A stretch of DNA of 64,000 bases from the NCBI GenBank assembly GCA_028715115.1, contig JAQUSN010000001.1, positions 385,746 through 449,745 of the forward strand, in the 5' to 3' direction. The notes under the pieces were generated by a model. That model was not told the DNA's origin, ran no database searches, and saw only the letters and a list, made by a program, of their open reading frames with translations. Positions 49,806 through 59,236 of the stretch are shown here, one piece after another. A program made the position numbers and the translations under genes. This DNA comes from Patescibacteria group bacterium (GTDB taxonomy: Bacteria > Patescibacteriota > Patescibacteriia > UBA2591 > UBA4787). The first letter of the stretch is position 1. Each line of letters starts with the position of its first letter.

Positions 49806-51206
49806 ATGGCTAAAAAAAATAAAAAAAGAGGCAGACCGACTGGATCGCGCCATAGAGCAAAAAAATATATCCCTCATTTATTAAAAGGAGTTAAAGATAT
49901 TTTGCCGCAAGAACAACGTTATTATGATTTTATCATCGGCAAGACCGAAGAGTTGGCTCGGGCCTATGGTTTTGACAAAATAACGATCCCAATTTTAGAA
50001 GAGTCTGATTTATTTAAGCGTCGCGTTGGTTTAACTAAAGATATTTTTCAAAAAGAAATTTTTTCTTTCGAAGATTTAGGTGGGCATAAAATTAGCTTAA
50101 GGCCGGAAGGGACCGCTGGCGTAGCCAGAGCCTATATCCAGCACGGTTTATCAGCGTCGCTTCAGCCGGTTAAGCTATTTTATCACGGGCCAATGTTTCG
50201 TTATGAGCGCTTAGAAATGGGCAAACAAAAAGAATTTTATCAATTTGGCCTGGAGATCATTGGTTCTAATAAGCCCGTTACCGATGCTCAATTGATTTTA
50301 TTCGTTAACGCGCTATTGCAGGGCTTGGGCATTAAATTTACTATTCAAATAAATAATCTTGGTTGCCGCGAATGCCGTAAAATTTATTTTAAAAAACTAA
50401 CGGACTTTATCCGACAAAAAGGCAGAATATTTTGCCGCGAATGCCGCGTTAAAATAAAAAGGAATCCACTTAAAATTTTTGAATGCCACGGCAAAGAATG
50501 CCATGATACCTTAATGCAAGCCCCGCACATAGTCGATTATTTGTGCGAAGAATGCCGTTCTCAATTTGTCAGGACCTTAGAATTTCTAGATGAAGCCAGG
50601 GTGGTTTATAATTTAAATCCATTCGTAGTAAAAGGAGCCGGGTTTAATGATCGCACGGTTTTCGAATTTTGGCCGATTAAAACAGAACAACCTAAGCCGG
50701 TCGTGGCTAACAGTACGATTAGTCCTGAAATAACACAAAAAATACAACCGCAACCGGAAGAGGTGATTGATAGTCGTTTAGCCATAGCAGCTGGTGGTCG
50801 CTATGATCAATTACTTCACGATTTGGGGGGTGCGATTGCGCCCGCCTGTGGGTTGTCGATAGGTATTGATCGTTTGGTCGATGAAGCCAAAAAACAGCAA
50901 ATAAAAACAGCTAGAGTTAAGCCGATTCAAGTTTTTGTCGCCCAGGTCAGCGATTTGGCTCGGCAAAATGCTTTAAGAATTTTCGAATTAATCAGAAAAG
51001 AAGGATATAGAGTAGGGGAGAATTTAGCCCAAGATAGCCTACGAACTCAATTAGATATAGCCAATAAATTAGGAGCTAAGTATACGTTAGTCTTTGGCCA
51101 GCAAGAGGTTATTCACAAAACGGTTATTATTCGCGATATGGTTAGTGGCTCTCAAGAAACCATAGATCAAGAAAAAATTGTTAGGGAATTGAGGAAAAGA
51201 CTATAG
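49806..51206 (+). CDS. hisS: Histidine-tRNA ligase-family protein with altered catalytic motifs
   Basis: LRPEGTA, FRYER, GGRYD, GIDR and a C-terminal anticodon domain are present. RGLDYY reads KGAGFN. Confidence 0.8.
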   Translation: MAKKNKKRGRPTGSRHRAKKYIPHLLKGVKDILPQEQRYYDFIIGKTEELARAYGFDKITIPILEESDLFKRRVGLTKDIFQKEIFSFEDLGGHKISLRPEGTAGVARAYIQHGLSASLQPVKLFYHGPMFRYERLEMGKQKEFYQFGLEIIGSNKPVTDAQLILFVNALLQGLGIKFTIQINNLGCRECRKIYFKKLTDFIRQKGRIFCRECRVKIKRNPLKIFECHGKECHDTLMQAPHIVDYLCEECRSQFVRTLEFLDEARVVYNLNPFVVKGAGFNDRTVFEFWPIKTEQPKPVVANSTISPEITQKIQPQPEEVIDSRLAIAAGGRYDQLLHDLGGAIAPACGLSIGIDRLVDEAKKQQIKTARVKPIQVFVAQVSDLARQNALRIFELIRKEGYRVGENLAQDSLRTQLDIANKLGAKYTLVFGQQEVIHKTVIIRDMVSGSQETIDQEKIVRELRKRL

Positions 51207-51322
51207 ATTAATGCTCATTTTAATTAATTAAACAGAGAGACTTATTTTTCTCTCTGTTTAATTTTTGCCCTTGTTTTTTAAACAAAAACTGCTAAAATAT
51301 TTGCTATCATTCCTCTTAAAAT

Positions 51323-51565
51323 AGAGAGGTTTACTTGTCGCTGATTAGTCTAATGGGGCTGTAGGCAGAACGGAAGGGTCGCATAGTGGTCGAGTGCGTT
51401 CGCTTGGAAAGCGAATATACCGCAAGGTATCGCGGGTTCGAATCCCGCCCCTTCCGTTCTGCCTACAAAATATATACCGCAAGGTATCGTGGGGGTGGTT
51501 TTCGCCTACTGGCGGAAATTCCTGCTTGCCCTGCCTACCGTCAGACAGACGGCGAGCCACTTTCT
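51323..51565 (+). pseudogene. Degenerate tRNA-Ser-like shell around the intact tRNA-Ser
   Basis: 5' AGAGAGG..GTCGCTGATTAGTCTAATG. 3' exact duplicate of the variable arm ATATACCGCAAGGTATCG, then GTGGG/CCTGC and CTTTCT broken by palindromes. Confidence 0.6.
51372..51456 (+). tRNA. tRNA-Ser(GGA), CCA not encoded
   Basis: GGAAGGG/CCCTTCC acceptor, TTCGC-TTGGAAA-GCGAA anticodon arm, long variable arm and G73. Confidence 0.94.
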
Positions 51566-51596
51566 ATATTTTTGGGACAGATAAATCAAGAATAAT

Positions 51597-52085
51597 ATGG
51601 GCAAACTACGCGACGTTACTTTGGTTTTTTTAGTCAAGAAATCGGGAGATAAAATTACTGAGATTTGTTTGGCGATGAAAAAGCGCGGTTTTGGCGTTAA
51701 TCGTTGGAATGGGGTAGGAGGAAAATTATTAGCCGATGAAAGCATTGAAATGGCTGCCAAAAGAGAAGCCCAGGAAGAAATAGGCGTTGATTTGAAAAAA
51801 ATAAATAAAATCGCAGAAATAGATTTTTATTTTCCCCATCAAACCGACTGGAATCAAACGGTTAATGCTTTTTTTTGCGAAGAGTGGGAGGGAGAGCCAA
51901 TTGAAACAGAAGAAATGAGGCCAAGGTGGTTTAATCCAAGTGAGTTGCCCTACGAATCAATGTGGTCAGATGATAAATTCTGGGTGCCTCATATTTTAGA
52001 GGGTAAATTGCTAAAAGCCAGTTTCGTTTTTAAAGAACACGATTTAGTCGATAGTCATAATTTGGAATTTGTTAATAAATTTTAA
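51597..52085 (+). CDS. Nudix hydrolase (8-oxo-dGTPase/MTH1-like)
   Basis: KKRGFG..RWNGVGGK, Nudix box AAKREAQEEIG and ETEEMRP. Confidence 0.9.
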   Translation: MGKLRDVTLVFLVKKSGDKITEICLAMKKRGFGVNRWNGVGGKLLADESIEMAAKREAQEEIGVDLKKINKIAEIDFYFPHQTDWNQTVNAFFCEEWEGEPIETEEMRPRWFNPSELPYESMWSDDKFWVPHILEGKLLKASFVFKEHDLVDSHNLEFVNKF

Positions 52086-52096
52086 AATAAAATTTT

Positions 52097-52621
52097 ATGG
52101 CCAAGGCAACGAAATCATTTAAACGCAAAAATTATATTTCTTGGGATGAATACTTTATGGGTATCGCTATTTTGTCGGCAATGAGGAGCAAGGATCCCAA
52201 TACGCAAACCGGTGCCTGTATTGTTGATAAACAAAATAAAATTATCGGCATTGGTTACAATGGTTTTCCAACCGGATGTTCGGACAATGATTTTCCTTGG
52301 ACAAACAAGGGCAATGATCCCGTGAAGACTAAATATTTTTATGTATGTCATGCTGAGCTAAATGCGATCTTAAATAGTCATGGTCGCGACTTAAATGATT
52401 GTCGGATTTATACTTTTTTAATTCCCTGTAATGAATGCGCTAAAGCCATTATCCAGTCTGGAATTAGAGAAATAATTTATCTATCAGATTCAGCTGCTAT
52501 GTATGGAAGAAATAAAAACACGCCAACGATTGTAGCCGCCTTAAAAATGTTTAAAAGCGCTGGAGTAAAAATGAGATTAATGAAATCGAGCCAAAGTTTA
52601 ATTATAAATTTTAAAAAATAG
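52097..52621 (+). CDS. dCMP deaminase
   Basis: WDEYFM, RSKDP, GYNG, HAELNA and PCNEC motifs. Confidence 0.93.
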   Translation: MAKATKSFKRKNYISWDEYFMGIAILSAMRSKDPNTQTGACIVDKQNKIIGIGYNGFPTGCSDNDFPWTNKGNDPVKTKYFYVCHAELNAILNSHGRDLNDCRIYTFLIPCNECAKAIIQSGIREIIYLSDSAAMYGRNKNTPTIVAALKMFKSAGVKMRLMKSSQSLIINFKK

Positions 52622-52642
52622 ATCTGTGTTAATATAGTTTCT

Positions 52643-53602
52643 ATGATTTTGAATGTTGTTCTGCTGGTTTTTAGTTTTATCTTATTAGTAAAAGGAGCAG
52701 ATTTTTTGGTTAGCGGTGCATCTTCTTTGGCAAAAAAACTTGGCGTCTCTACTTTGGTTATCGGTTTAACTATCGTGGCCCTTGGCACTTCAGCTCCAGA
52801 ATTATTGGTTAATATTTTCGCCAGTATCAGAGGCGTCAACGACATTGCTTTTGGCAATATTATCGGCAGCAATATTTTAAATCTATTTCTTATTTTAGGA
52901 CTTTCGGCTGCTATTTTTCCGCTCGCAGTCAATCGGGGCACGACTTGGAAAGAGGTACCGTTGGCATTATTGGCTACTTTGGTTTTGGGATTATTAGTCA
53001 ACGATCAACTGATTGATAAAAATCAAATTTCAATTTTAAGTAGAATTGATAGTTTAATTCTGCTTTGTTTTTTTATAATTTTCATTTATTACACCTTAGC
53101 TATCTCTAAAAATAAAAGCGTCAATGAAGCCAAAGAAGTTAAAACTTATAATTCCTGGCCTTCGGTCTTGATGGTTTTGGGCGGATTAGTAATGCTGGTT
53201 GTTGGCGGTAATTTAGCGGTTCATAGCGGCACAGCTATCGCCAGGGCGCTCGGGGCAAGCGAGGCCCTGATCGGTTTAACTATTTTAGCCGTAGGCACAT
53301 CGCTGCCCGAATTGTGCACCTCGGTCGTGGCTGCTTATAAAAAAAATTCTGATATAGCAGTAGGGAATATTATTGGTTCTAATGTTCTCAATATTTTATT
53401 TATTTTAGGTTTGAGTGGGCTAATTCATCCGATTGGTTTTTCTCCAATCCTTAATACTGATTTATTAATTTTAATTACAGGCACCATTTTATTATTAATC
53501 TTCTTACTGTTGGGCAAAAGGCATATTTTAGAGCGATGGCAGGGAATGGTCTTTGTGGCGTTTTACGTTGTTTACGCATTTTTTATAATTCATCGCGGTT
53601 AA
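52643..53602 (+). CDS. Calcium/sodium antiporter (YrbG-like)
   Basis: Duplicated GTS(A/L)PEL...GNIIGSN alpha repeats. Confidence 0.93.
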   Translation: MILNVVLLVFSFILLVKGADFLVSGASSLAKKLGVSTLVIGLTIVALGTSAPELLVNIFASIRGVNDIAFGNIIGSNILNLFLILGLSAAIFPLAVNRGTTWKEVPLALLATLVLGLLVNDQLIDKNQISILSRIDSLILLCFFIIFIYYTLAISKNKSVNEAKEVKTYNSWPSVLMVLGGLVMLVVGGNLAVHSGTAIARALGASEALIGLTILAVGTSLPELCTSVVAAYKKNSDIAVGNIIGSNVLNILFILGLSGLIHPIGFSPILNTDLLILITGTILLLIFLLLGKRHILERWQGMVFVAFYVVYAFFIIHRG

Positions 53603-53609
53603 GTTAAAC

Positions 53610-53972
53610 ATGAATTCTTTGATTTTTAAAATTTTTATCATTTGGCTGATTTTTATGGGCGAGGCCTTTTCGATTTATGCGGAAATTATTGGCGCGAAAA
53701 ATTTTTCGCAGCCGGGAGCCAGATTATTTACGCCAGTTTTTTGGCGATTATTAATTTTGATTATCGTCGCCGGTTCATGCTTAATGATCGGCTATATGTT
53801 TGGTTTCCGCACTTTTAAAAATATCTGGATAGTCAGCGTCATATCTTTAACGGCGATTTTAATTGTTGAACCATTTTTGGATTATACGGTTTTTAGACAA
53901 TTGCCCGGTCGCGGGCAAATTATCGGTTTTGTTTGCGGCCTGGCTGGTTTTATCGCCGTGCTAATTTTTTAA
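53610..53972 (+). CDS. Hypothetical 4-TM small membrane protein
   Basis: Four hydrophobic segments, Glu in TM1 (possibly SMR/DMT-like). Confidence 0.6.
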   Translation: MNSLIFKIFIIWLIFMGEAFSIYAEIIGAKNFSQPGARLFTPVFWRLLILIIVAGSCLMIGYMFGFRTFKNIWIVSVISLTAILIVEPFLDYTVFRQLPGRGQIIGFVCGLAGFIAVLIF

Positions 53973-53975
53973 TGC

Positions 53976-54198
53976 TATGCCCAGTAACAAAACTTCACCA
54001 GCCCGCCAGGGCGGTCTGAGAGTTGCTTTGTTCTTGGGTTTATCTCAAAAAATAAAATAGGTGCATTTTAAAAGAACTATTAGTCTTAAAGATGCCAACT
54101 AATTAATTAGAATCTCGTTTCTTTTCAACTAATTTACTTTTATTCATTTTGATGCTTATTAATTTGGCATCTTTATGAAGTTATTGTTACTGGGTATG
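53976..54198 (+). repeat. ~223-bp structured repeat element (family A, copy 2), ending on the dnaG AUG
   Basis: Same terminal IR and inner stem as 22094-22317. Confidence 0.85.
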
Positions 54199-56016
54199 CA
54201 AAACCAAATAGAAGAAATTAAAAGTCGGCTGGACATCATTGATGTTATTTCTGAATATGTCCAATTACGGCAATCAGGAGTAAATTACCGAGCGCTTTGC
54301 CCGTTTCATACCGAAAAGGCGCCGTCATTTTTTGTATCGCCGGAACGACAGATTTGGCATTGTTTCGGTTCGTGTAATGAGGGCGGCGACATTTTTGAAT
54401 TTATCATGAAAATAGAAAACGTTGATTTTCCCGAGGCGCTTCGGATTTTGGCGAAGAAAGCCGGTGTGCAATTAACCAAAGAAGATTACCGCGTCACTAG
54501 CCAGAAGACCAAATTAATGGATATTATGCGCGTGGCAGCTCAGTTTTATCATTTAGTTTTGCAAAAATCATCTTTGGCGGAAAAGGTAAGAGAATATCTC
54601 GATGGTCGCGGTGTTAAACAAGAAACCATCAAAGACTTTCAGCTCGGTTTTGCGCCAGACCGTTGGGATGAGTTAGTTGGTTTTTTAAACAAAAAGGGCG
54701 TCAAAATGATTGAAGCGGAAGCGGCCGGGTTAGTTATGCGTTCTAACAAGCCGCTTAATAATAAACAAAATTATTATGATCGTTTTCGCAACCGCATTAT
54801 GTTTCCGATAAACGATCTATACGGAAATCCGGTCGGCTTTACTTCTCGTATCGTACCCTGGGCCGAGACCACGGAAACGGCAAAATACGTTAATACTCCG
54901 GAAACACCGATTTATAATAAGAGTCGCGTCATTTATGCTTTTGATAAGGCCAAGGCGGCAATAAAAAAAGAAGATGCGGTGATTATGGTCGAGGGGAATA
55001 TGGATGTCATCGCTTGCCATCAGGCTGGTTCGAAAAATGTCGTAGCTTCTTCTGGCACGGCCTTAACTGCCGACCAAGTGAAATTATTAAAACGCTATAC
55101 TAATAATTTGCTTTTGTCTTTCGATGTCGATCTGGCCGGCGAGAACGCTACGCAGCGGGGGATAGATGTGGCTATGAAAGCCGAGATGAACATCAAGGTT
55201 ATCCGCGTGCCCGAAGGTAAAGATCCCGATGAGTGCCTAAAAGAAAATCCGGACAAATGGTTTGAGGCCATTAAAAACGCCAAATCAATCATGGATTATT
55301 ATTTAGATTTGGCCTTAAAAGGCAGAGATATAAATAAAGTAGAAGACAAAAAAACAATAACTAGAATTTTATTACCGGTAGTGGCCAAGTTCGGCGATCC
55401 AGTGGAGCAGAGCTATTGGCTTAAATTTATCGCCAATAAAATTGACGTGCCGGAATATTCGCTACGTGATAAAATAAAAAACATAAAACCGACGAAAGAC
55501 TATCAACCCAAGGAAGAAAAAATCGTTAATAGGGTTTCAAAAGAGCAGATGACCGCGGAAATATTCATGGGTTTGCTTTTAAAATATCCGGATTTACTTA
55601 TGGATTATTTTCTTCTGCTTAAGCTCGAGGCCTTTGCCGGCAATCGCTTAAAAGGCCTTGCTGAACTCGTTAAAAAGTGCTATAATCTATCTACAAAAAA
55701 TGATTTTCCGGCCTGTTTACGTCAGAAGACCAGTGATCCGGATTTATTGAATTTCATTGATTATCTGGAGCTTTTAGCGGAAAAAGAATACCCACACATT
55801 GTTTTTGATAAAAAAGGATTGACCGAAAAAAACAGAAAAGAGATAAATAGCGAAGCGCAAAAATTATTGCAAATTATTCGCGAAGAATATCTAAGGAAAG
55901 AAAGTGCACGATTGACTACCCAGTTAAAACAAGCCGAAAAAGACAAAGACAACCAAAAAATCAAAGATTTATCTGGCCAGATTTCAAAAATTAATCGGGA
56001 AATACATCAATTATAA
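54196..56016 (+). CDS. dnaG: DNA primase
   Basis: [11 protein letters not shown]...CFGSC Zn finger, [25 protein letters not shown] and FDVD. True start is ATG 54196. Confidence 0.98.
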   Translation: MQNQIEEIKSRLDIIDVISEYVQLRQSGVNYRALCPFHTEKAPSFFVSPERQIWHCFGSCNEGGDIFEFIMKIENVDFPEALRILAKKAGVQLTKEDYRVTSQKTKLMDIMRVAAQFYHLVLQKSSLAEKVREYLDGRGVKQETIKDFQLGFAPDRWDELVGFLNKKGVKMIEAEAAGLVMRSNKPLNNKQNYYDRFRNRIMFPINDLYGNPVGFTSRIVPWAETTETAKYVNTPETPIYNKSRVIYAFDKAKAAIKKEDAVIMVEGNMDVIACHQAGSKNVVASSGTALTADQVKLLKRYTNNLLLSFDVDLAGENATQRGIDVAMKAEMNIKVIRVPEGKDPDECLKENPDKWFEAIKNAKSIMDYYLDLALKGRDINKVEDKKTITRILLPVVAKFGDPVEQSYWLKFIANKIDVPEYSLRDKIKNIKPTKDYQPKEEKIVNRVSKEQMTAEIFMGLLLKYPDLLMDYFLLLKLEAFAGNRLKGLAELVKKCYNLSTKNDFPACLRQKTSDPDLLNFIDYLELLAEKEYPHIVFDKKGLTEKNRKEINSEAQKLLQIIREEYLRKESARLTTQLKQAEKDKDNQKIKDLSGQISKINREIHQL

Positions 56017-56018
56017 TT

Positions 56019-57218
56019 ATGTCTAAACGTCGATTTAAAAAAGCAAAAAAACAGATTAGGCCAAAACACAAAAAAAGACTTAAAATGGCCAATCATATAA
56101 TAATACATAAGCCTTCGGTAGTTGCGAAGCGTCAGCCTTTAGTTTGGCCGGAGAAAGAAGCCGACCGGCTTATTGCTAAAGGCAGGCAGCTTGGTTTTGT
56201 GACTGAAAACGAAATTTTATATAATTTGCCGAATATTGAAAAATATCTGGAGAAATACGAAGAATTTTTAAATAGACTGGATAAAGCCGGTGTGACCATT
56301 AAGGAATCGCAGGTCGGGCTCCTGGAGCTCAAGCCGAAAGAAAAAAAAGAATCTAAGATGGACGAGATTATGTTTGATTTATCTCACCTGTCAGAAGATT
56401 CGATTCAGATGTATCTTAAAGAAATAGGCAAGGTGCCGCTTCTAACTCCGGAAGAAGAAGTGGAATTATCCAAAAAAAAAGACATGGGCGATAAAGAGTC
56501 GATGCAAAAATTGATTGAAGCGAACCTACGTTTAGTCGTCAGCATTGCCAAAAAATTCATCGGTTACGGATTGTCGTTCTTGGATTTAATTCAGGAGGGC
56601 AATATGGGTTTATTTAGGGCCGTGGAAAAATTTGACTGGAAAAAAGGATATAAATTTTCAACTTATGCCACTTGGTGGATTAAGCAAGCCGTGACCCGTG
56701 CTTTAGCCGATCAGTCGCGTACTATCCGCATTCCGGTGCATATGGTCGAATCAATCAATAAGTTCCAGCAAGCGCGACGTTGGCTGACCCAGCAATTAGG
56801 TCGGGAAGTGACGGCCGAAGAAGTGGCTGCGGAAACCGGCGAGGTAGCGGAAAATATTCGTCATATTATGGAAATTTCGCAGGACATTGTTTCGCTTGAA
56901 ACTACGGTCGGTGGCGACGAAGACAGAGACACGGAGCTGGGCGATTTAATCGAAGATTTAAAGACTATCAGTCCGGAAAGAGTGGCGGCGGTCAAGATTT
57001 TGCGCGACTATATGAAAGAAATTGTCAAAGATTTGCCGAATCGGGAAAAGAGAATTCTTGAGGTCCGTTTTGGTTTGGCCGATGGCGTAACGCATACGCT
57101 CGAAGAAGTGGGCCGCGAATATAATGTCACTCGCGAACGCATTCGCCAAATCGAAGCCAAGGCCATCGAACGCTTACGTGAGATGAAGGGCATTGAAAAA
57201 ATCAAAGATTATTTCTAA
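56019..57218 (+). CDS. rpoD: Primary sigma factor RpoD/SigA
   Basis: [35 protein letters not shown] and TRERIRQIE motifs, after dnaG. Confidence 0.97.
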   Translation: MSKRRFKKAKKQIRPKHKKRLKMANHIIIHKPSVVAKRQPLVWPEKEADRLIAKGRQLGFVTENEILYNLPNIEKYLEKYEEFLNRLDKAGVTIKESQVGLLELKPKEKKESKMDEIMFDLSHLSEDSIQMYLKEIGKVPLLTPEEEVELSKKKDMGDKESMQKLIEANLRLVVSIAKKFIGYGLSFLDLIQEGNMGLFRAVEKFDWKKGYKFSTYATWWIKQAVTRALADQSRTIRIPVHMVESINKFQQARRWLTQQLGREVTAEEVAAETGEVAENIRHIMEISQDIVSLETTVGGDEDRDTELGDLIEDLKTISPERVAAVKILRDYMKEIVKDLPNREKRILEVRFGLADGVTHTLEEVGREYNVTRERIRQIEAKAIERLREMKGIEKIKDYF

Positions 57219-57274
57219 GACCTGGTAAAAATTTTAAAATAGTATATAATAATTCATCGGTAAACTTGCAGCGC

Positions 57275-57315
57275 TCCGGGGTAGCTCTCCGCCAGCTGGC
57301 GGAGGTGGAGCGACT
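57275..57315 (+). pseudogene. 5' fragment of tRNA-Asn with a palindrome inserted in the D-loop
   Basis: TCCGGGGTAGCTC[TCCGCCAGCTGGCGGA]GGTGGAGCGACT matches the start of tRNA-Asn at 57584. Confidence 0.82.
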
Positions 57316-57338
57316 ATTTTTTAGGTAAGCGTGATCAT

Positions 57339-57593
57339 ATGAGCTATTTTGTTTACGCTATCTATAACAAAGACCACAAAAAGATTTATATCGGTCAAAC
57401 AGATGATATAAAGAATAGATTATTATTACATAACGATCATCTATTTAAGAAAAGTTATACATCTAGATTTGATGGTGATTGGTCCCTTATATATAAGGAG
57501 AAAATAGAAAATAGGCAGGAAGCCTTAATAAGGGAAAAGGAACTAAAAAGTTATCGTGGCAGACAATTTATAAAACAATATATTCCGGGGTAG
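57339..57593 (+). CDS. Small stand-alone GIY-YIG nuclease
   Basis: YFVY...YIGQT..I..RL..HN, YTSR and ALIREKELKS motifs. The TAG stop lies inside tRNA-Asn. Confidence 0.9.
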   Translation: MSYFVYAIYNKDHKKIYIGQTDDIKNRLLLHNDHLFKKSYTSRFDGDWSLIYKEKIENRQEALIREKELKSYRGRQFIKQYIPG

Positions 57594-57658
57594 CTCAATG
57601 GTGGAGCGACTGACTGTTAATCAGTAGGTTGTGGGTTCGAGTCCCACCCCCGGAGCCA
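57584..57658 (+). tRNA. tRNA-Asn(GTT), probable integration site
   Basis: TCCGGGG/CCCCGGA acceptor, ACTGA-CTGTTAA-TCAGT anticodon arm and GCCA end. Confidence 0.95.
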
Positions 57659-59236
57659 CATGGGATTTGCCGAGTTAAAAGCTCGGCTTTTCTCTTTATT
57701 AGAGCCCGTTTCGGCAGGTTCTAACCGTCCGTTTTTTCGATTCGACCCGGATGAGACAAGAATCAGCGGCAGAAGCGCGGAATCCGTGTCAATTCTTATG
57801 TTTTTGTCTTTTAGGAGGAGGTTCGAACCTAAGGCGGAGAGAATCACTTTTCTGGCGTGTTGACCCCTTTCGGTGAACGCTTCATTGGCATCACCGGCGA
57901 AGGTTAAAACGTTGTCGGCCGTCTGAAGCCAGCTGTCTACGCGGCTGTCGGTGTCATTCAATAATTCGTGCAGTCTGATTTTTTCCTGGCCGATTTCCGA
58001 TTTCTTTTTCTTGAATTCTTCCTCGCTTATTTCTCCCGACGCTCTCATGTCGATCAAAGCGTCCAGTTTTTTGACGCAGGCTTCGTAATTTTTTTGTTGG
58101 TTGGAAAGTATCGCGTTGCGATCGCCGGCCTCGCGCTCGTTTTCGTTTAGGAGCCATTTCATGGCCCAGCCGTGGAATTCTTCCGGCGGTTGAACTTTGG
58201 CCAATGTTTTCTTAATCTGTTTTTCCAATTCGTTCACTTCGATGCACTTTTGGCTGCACGGGCCTTTGCGTTTGGTGCAGTGATAATACGTGTAGTGATG
58301 AACGTTGCCGTTTTTGTTTCTCTTTATTTTATTCTCGGCCGTAACCATGCAACCGCACTCGCCGCAACGGATCATGCCGGTATACGCGAAGGTATGCGTT
58401 TCCGGTTTGGGCTTGCTCCCATGTCCGAGCATTTTCTGAACCCTGTCATATTCGTCGCGCGTGATCATGGGTTCGTGTTTGCCTTTGTGCCAGTTGCCAC
58501 TGCCTTTTGGCCACTCAAACCAGCCGTAATAAAAGGGATTATAAAGCAGGCGGTAGTAGCCGCTACGCGCCAGGTTTTTCAGTCCCCATTTTTCAACCGC
58601 GATTTCGTGCACCCTGGGAGCGGTGAAGTCGCCGCTTAAAAGCATATCAAACATTTTCCGGATAATCGGAAACATTCGCGGGTCTTTGCGGATCGTGCGA
58701 AAGCCTTTTAATTTGTCCGGCGTGTTTTTGTAACCGACGGGCGCCGGCCCGGGATGCCAGCCCATTTCTACTTTGCGTCTTAGTCCGCGTTTGACGTCAA
58801 TGCCTTTATTGTCGTTTTCCAGCTTAGCCTGACTGCAAAGCAGATTAAGCAGGAATTTGTCGTTGGGAGTGTTTTTGAACGTCTGGCCGGGTGTATGGAT
58901 TTCCAACAGCCGGTTCTGGTCCATGAGATAAACCAGATAGCCGGTGTCCACGGAATTTCGGGAAAGGCGGTTGGGATGCCAGGCGATAATGCCCTCGGCT
59001 TCGCCTTTCTCAATCCGTTTGATCATCTGATTGAAGATTTCGCGTCCCGGCGCTTTGGCCGAATATGATTCTTCCAGGCGCTCCACGATGTGGAGCCGTT
59101 CTCTTTTTGCAAGCGCTTCCAGCTCGCTCTTTTGCGAATCGATTGAAAGGACCTGTCTGTCTTCTTGTTCCGAAGATTTACGAGCGTAGAGGAAGTACTT
59201 GAGTTTTGGTTGTACTTCCTGGTTCATATTAGTCAA
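57617..59236 (-). CDS. Large serine recombinase (resolvase, recombinase and Zn-ribbon domains)
   Basis: YARKSSE, QVLSIDSQ, NRLSRN, NPFYYG, HEPMIT and CGECG...YYHC. The 3' end runs antisense into tRNA-Asn. Confidence 0.94.
   Translation of the reverse strand: MTNMNQEVQPKLKYFLYARKSSEQEDRQVLSIDSQKSELEALAKRERLHIVERLEESYSAKAPGREIFNQMIKRIEKGEAEGIIAWHPNRLSRNSVDTGYLVYLMDQNRLLEIHTPGQTFKNTPNDKFLLNLLCSQAKLENDNKGIDVKRGLRRKVEMGWHPGPAPVGYKNTPDKLKGFRTIRKDPRMFPIIRKMFDMLLSGDFTAPRVHEIAVEKWGLKNLARSGYYRLLYNPFYYGWFEWPKGSGNWHKGKHEPMITRDEYDRVQKMLGHGSKPKPETHTFAYTGMIRCGECGCMVTAENKIKRNKNGNVHHYTYYHCTKRKGPCSQKCIEVNELEKQIKKTLAKVQPPEEFHGWAMKWLLNENEREAGDRNAILSNQQKNYEACVKKLDALIDMRASGEISEEEFKKKKSEIGQEKIRLHELLNDTDSRVDSWLQTADNVLTFAGDANEAFTERGQHARKVILSALGSNLLLKDKNIRIDTDSALLPLILVSSGSNRKNGRLEPAETGSNKEKSRAFNSANPMWLRGWDSNPQPTD

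Noticed and set aside
51345-51633. Three short ORFs around tRNA-Ser
   Set aside because: They overlap the tRNA and its shell and are shadow ORFs.
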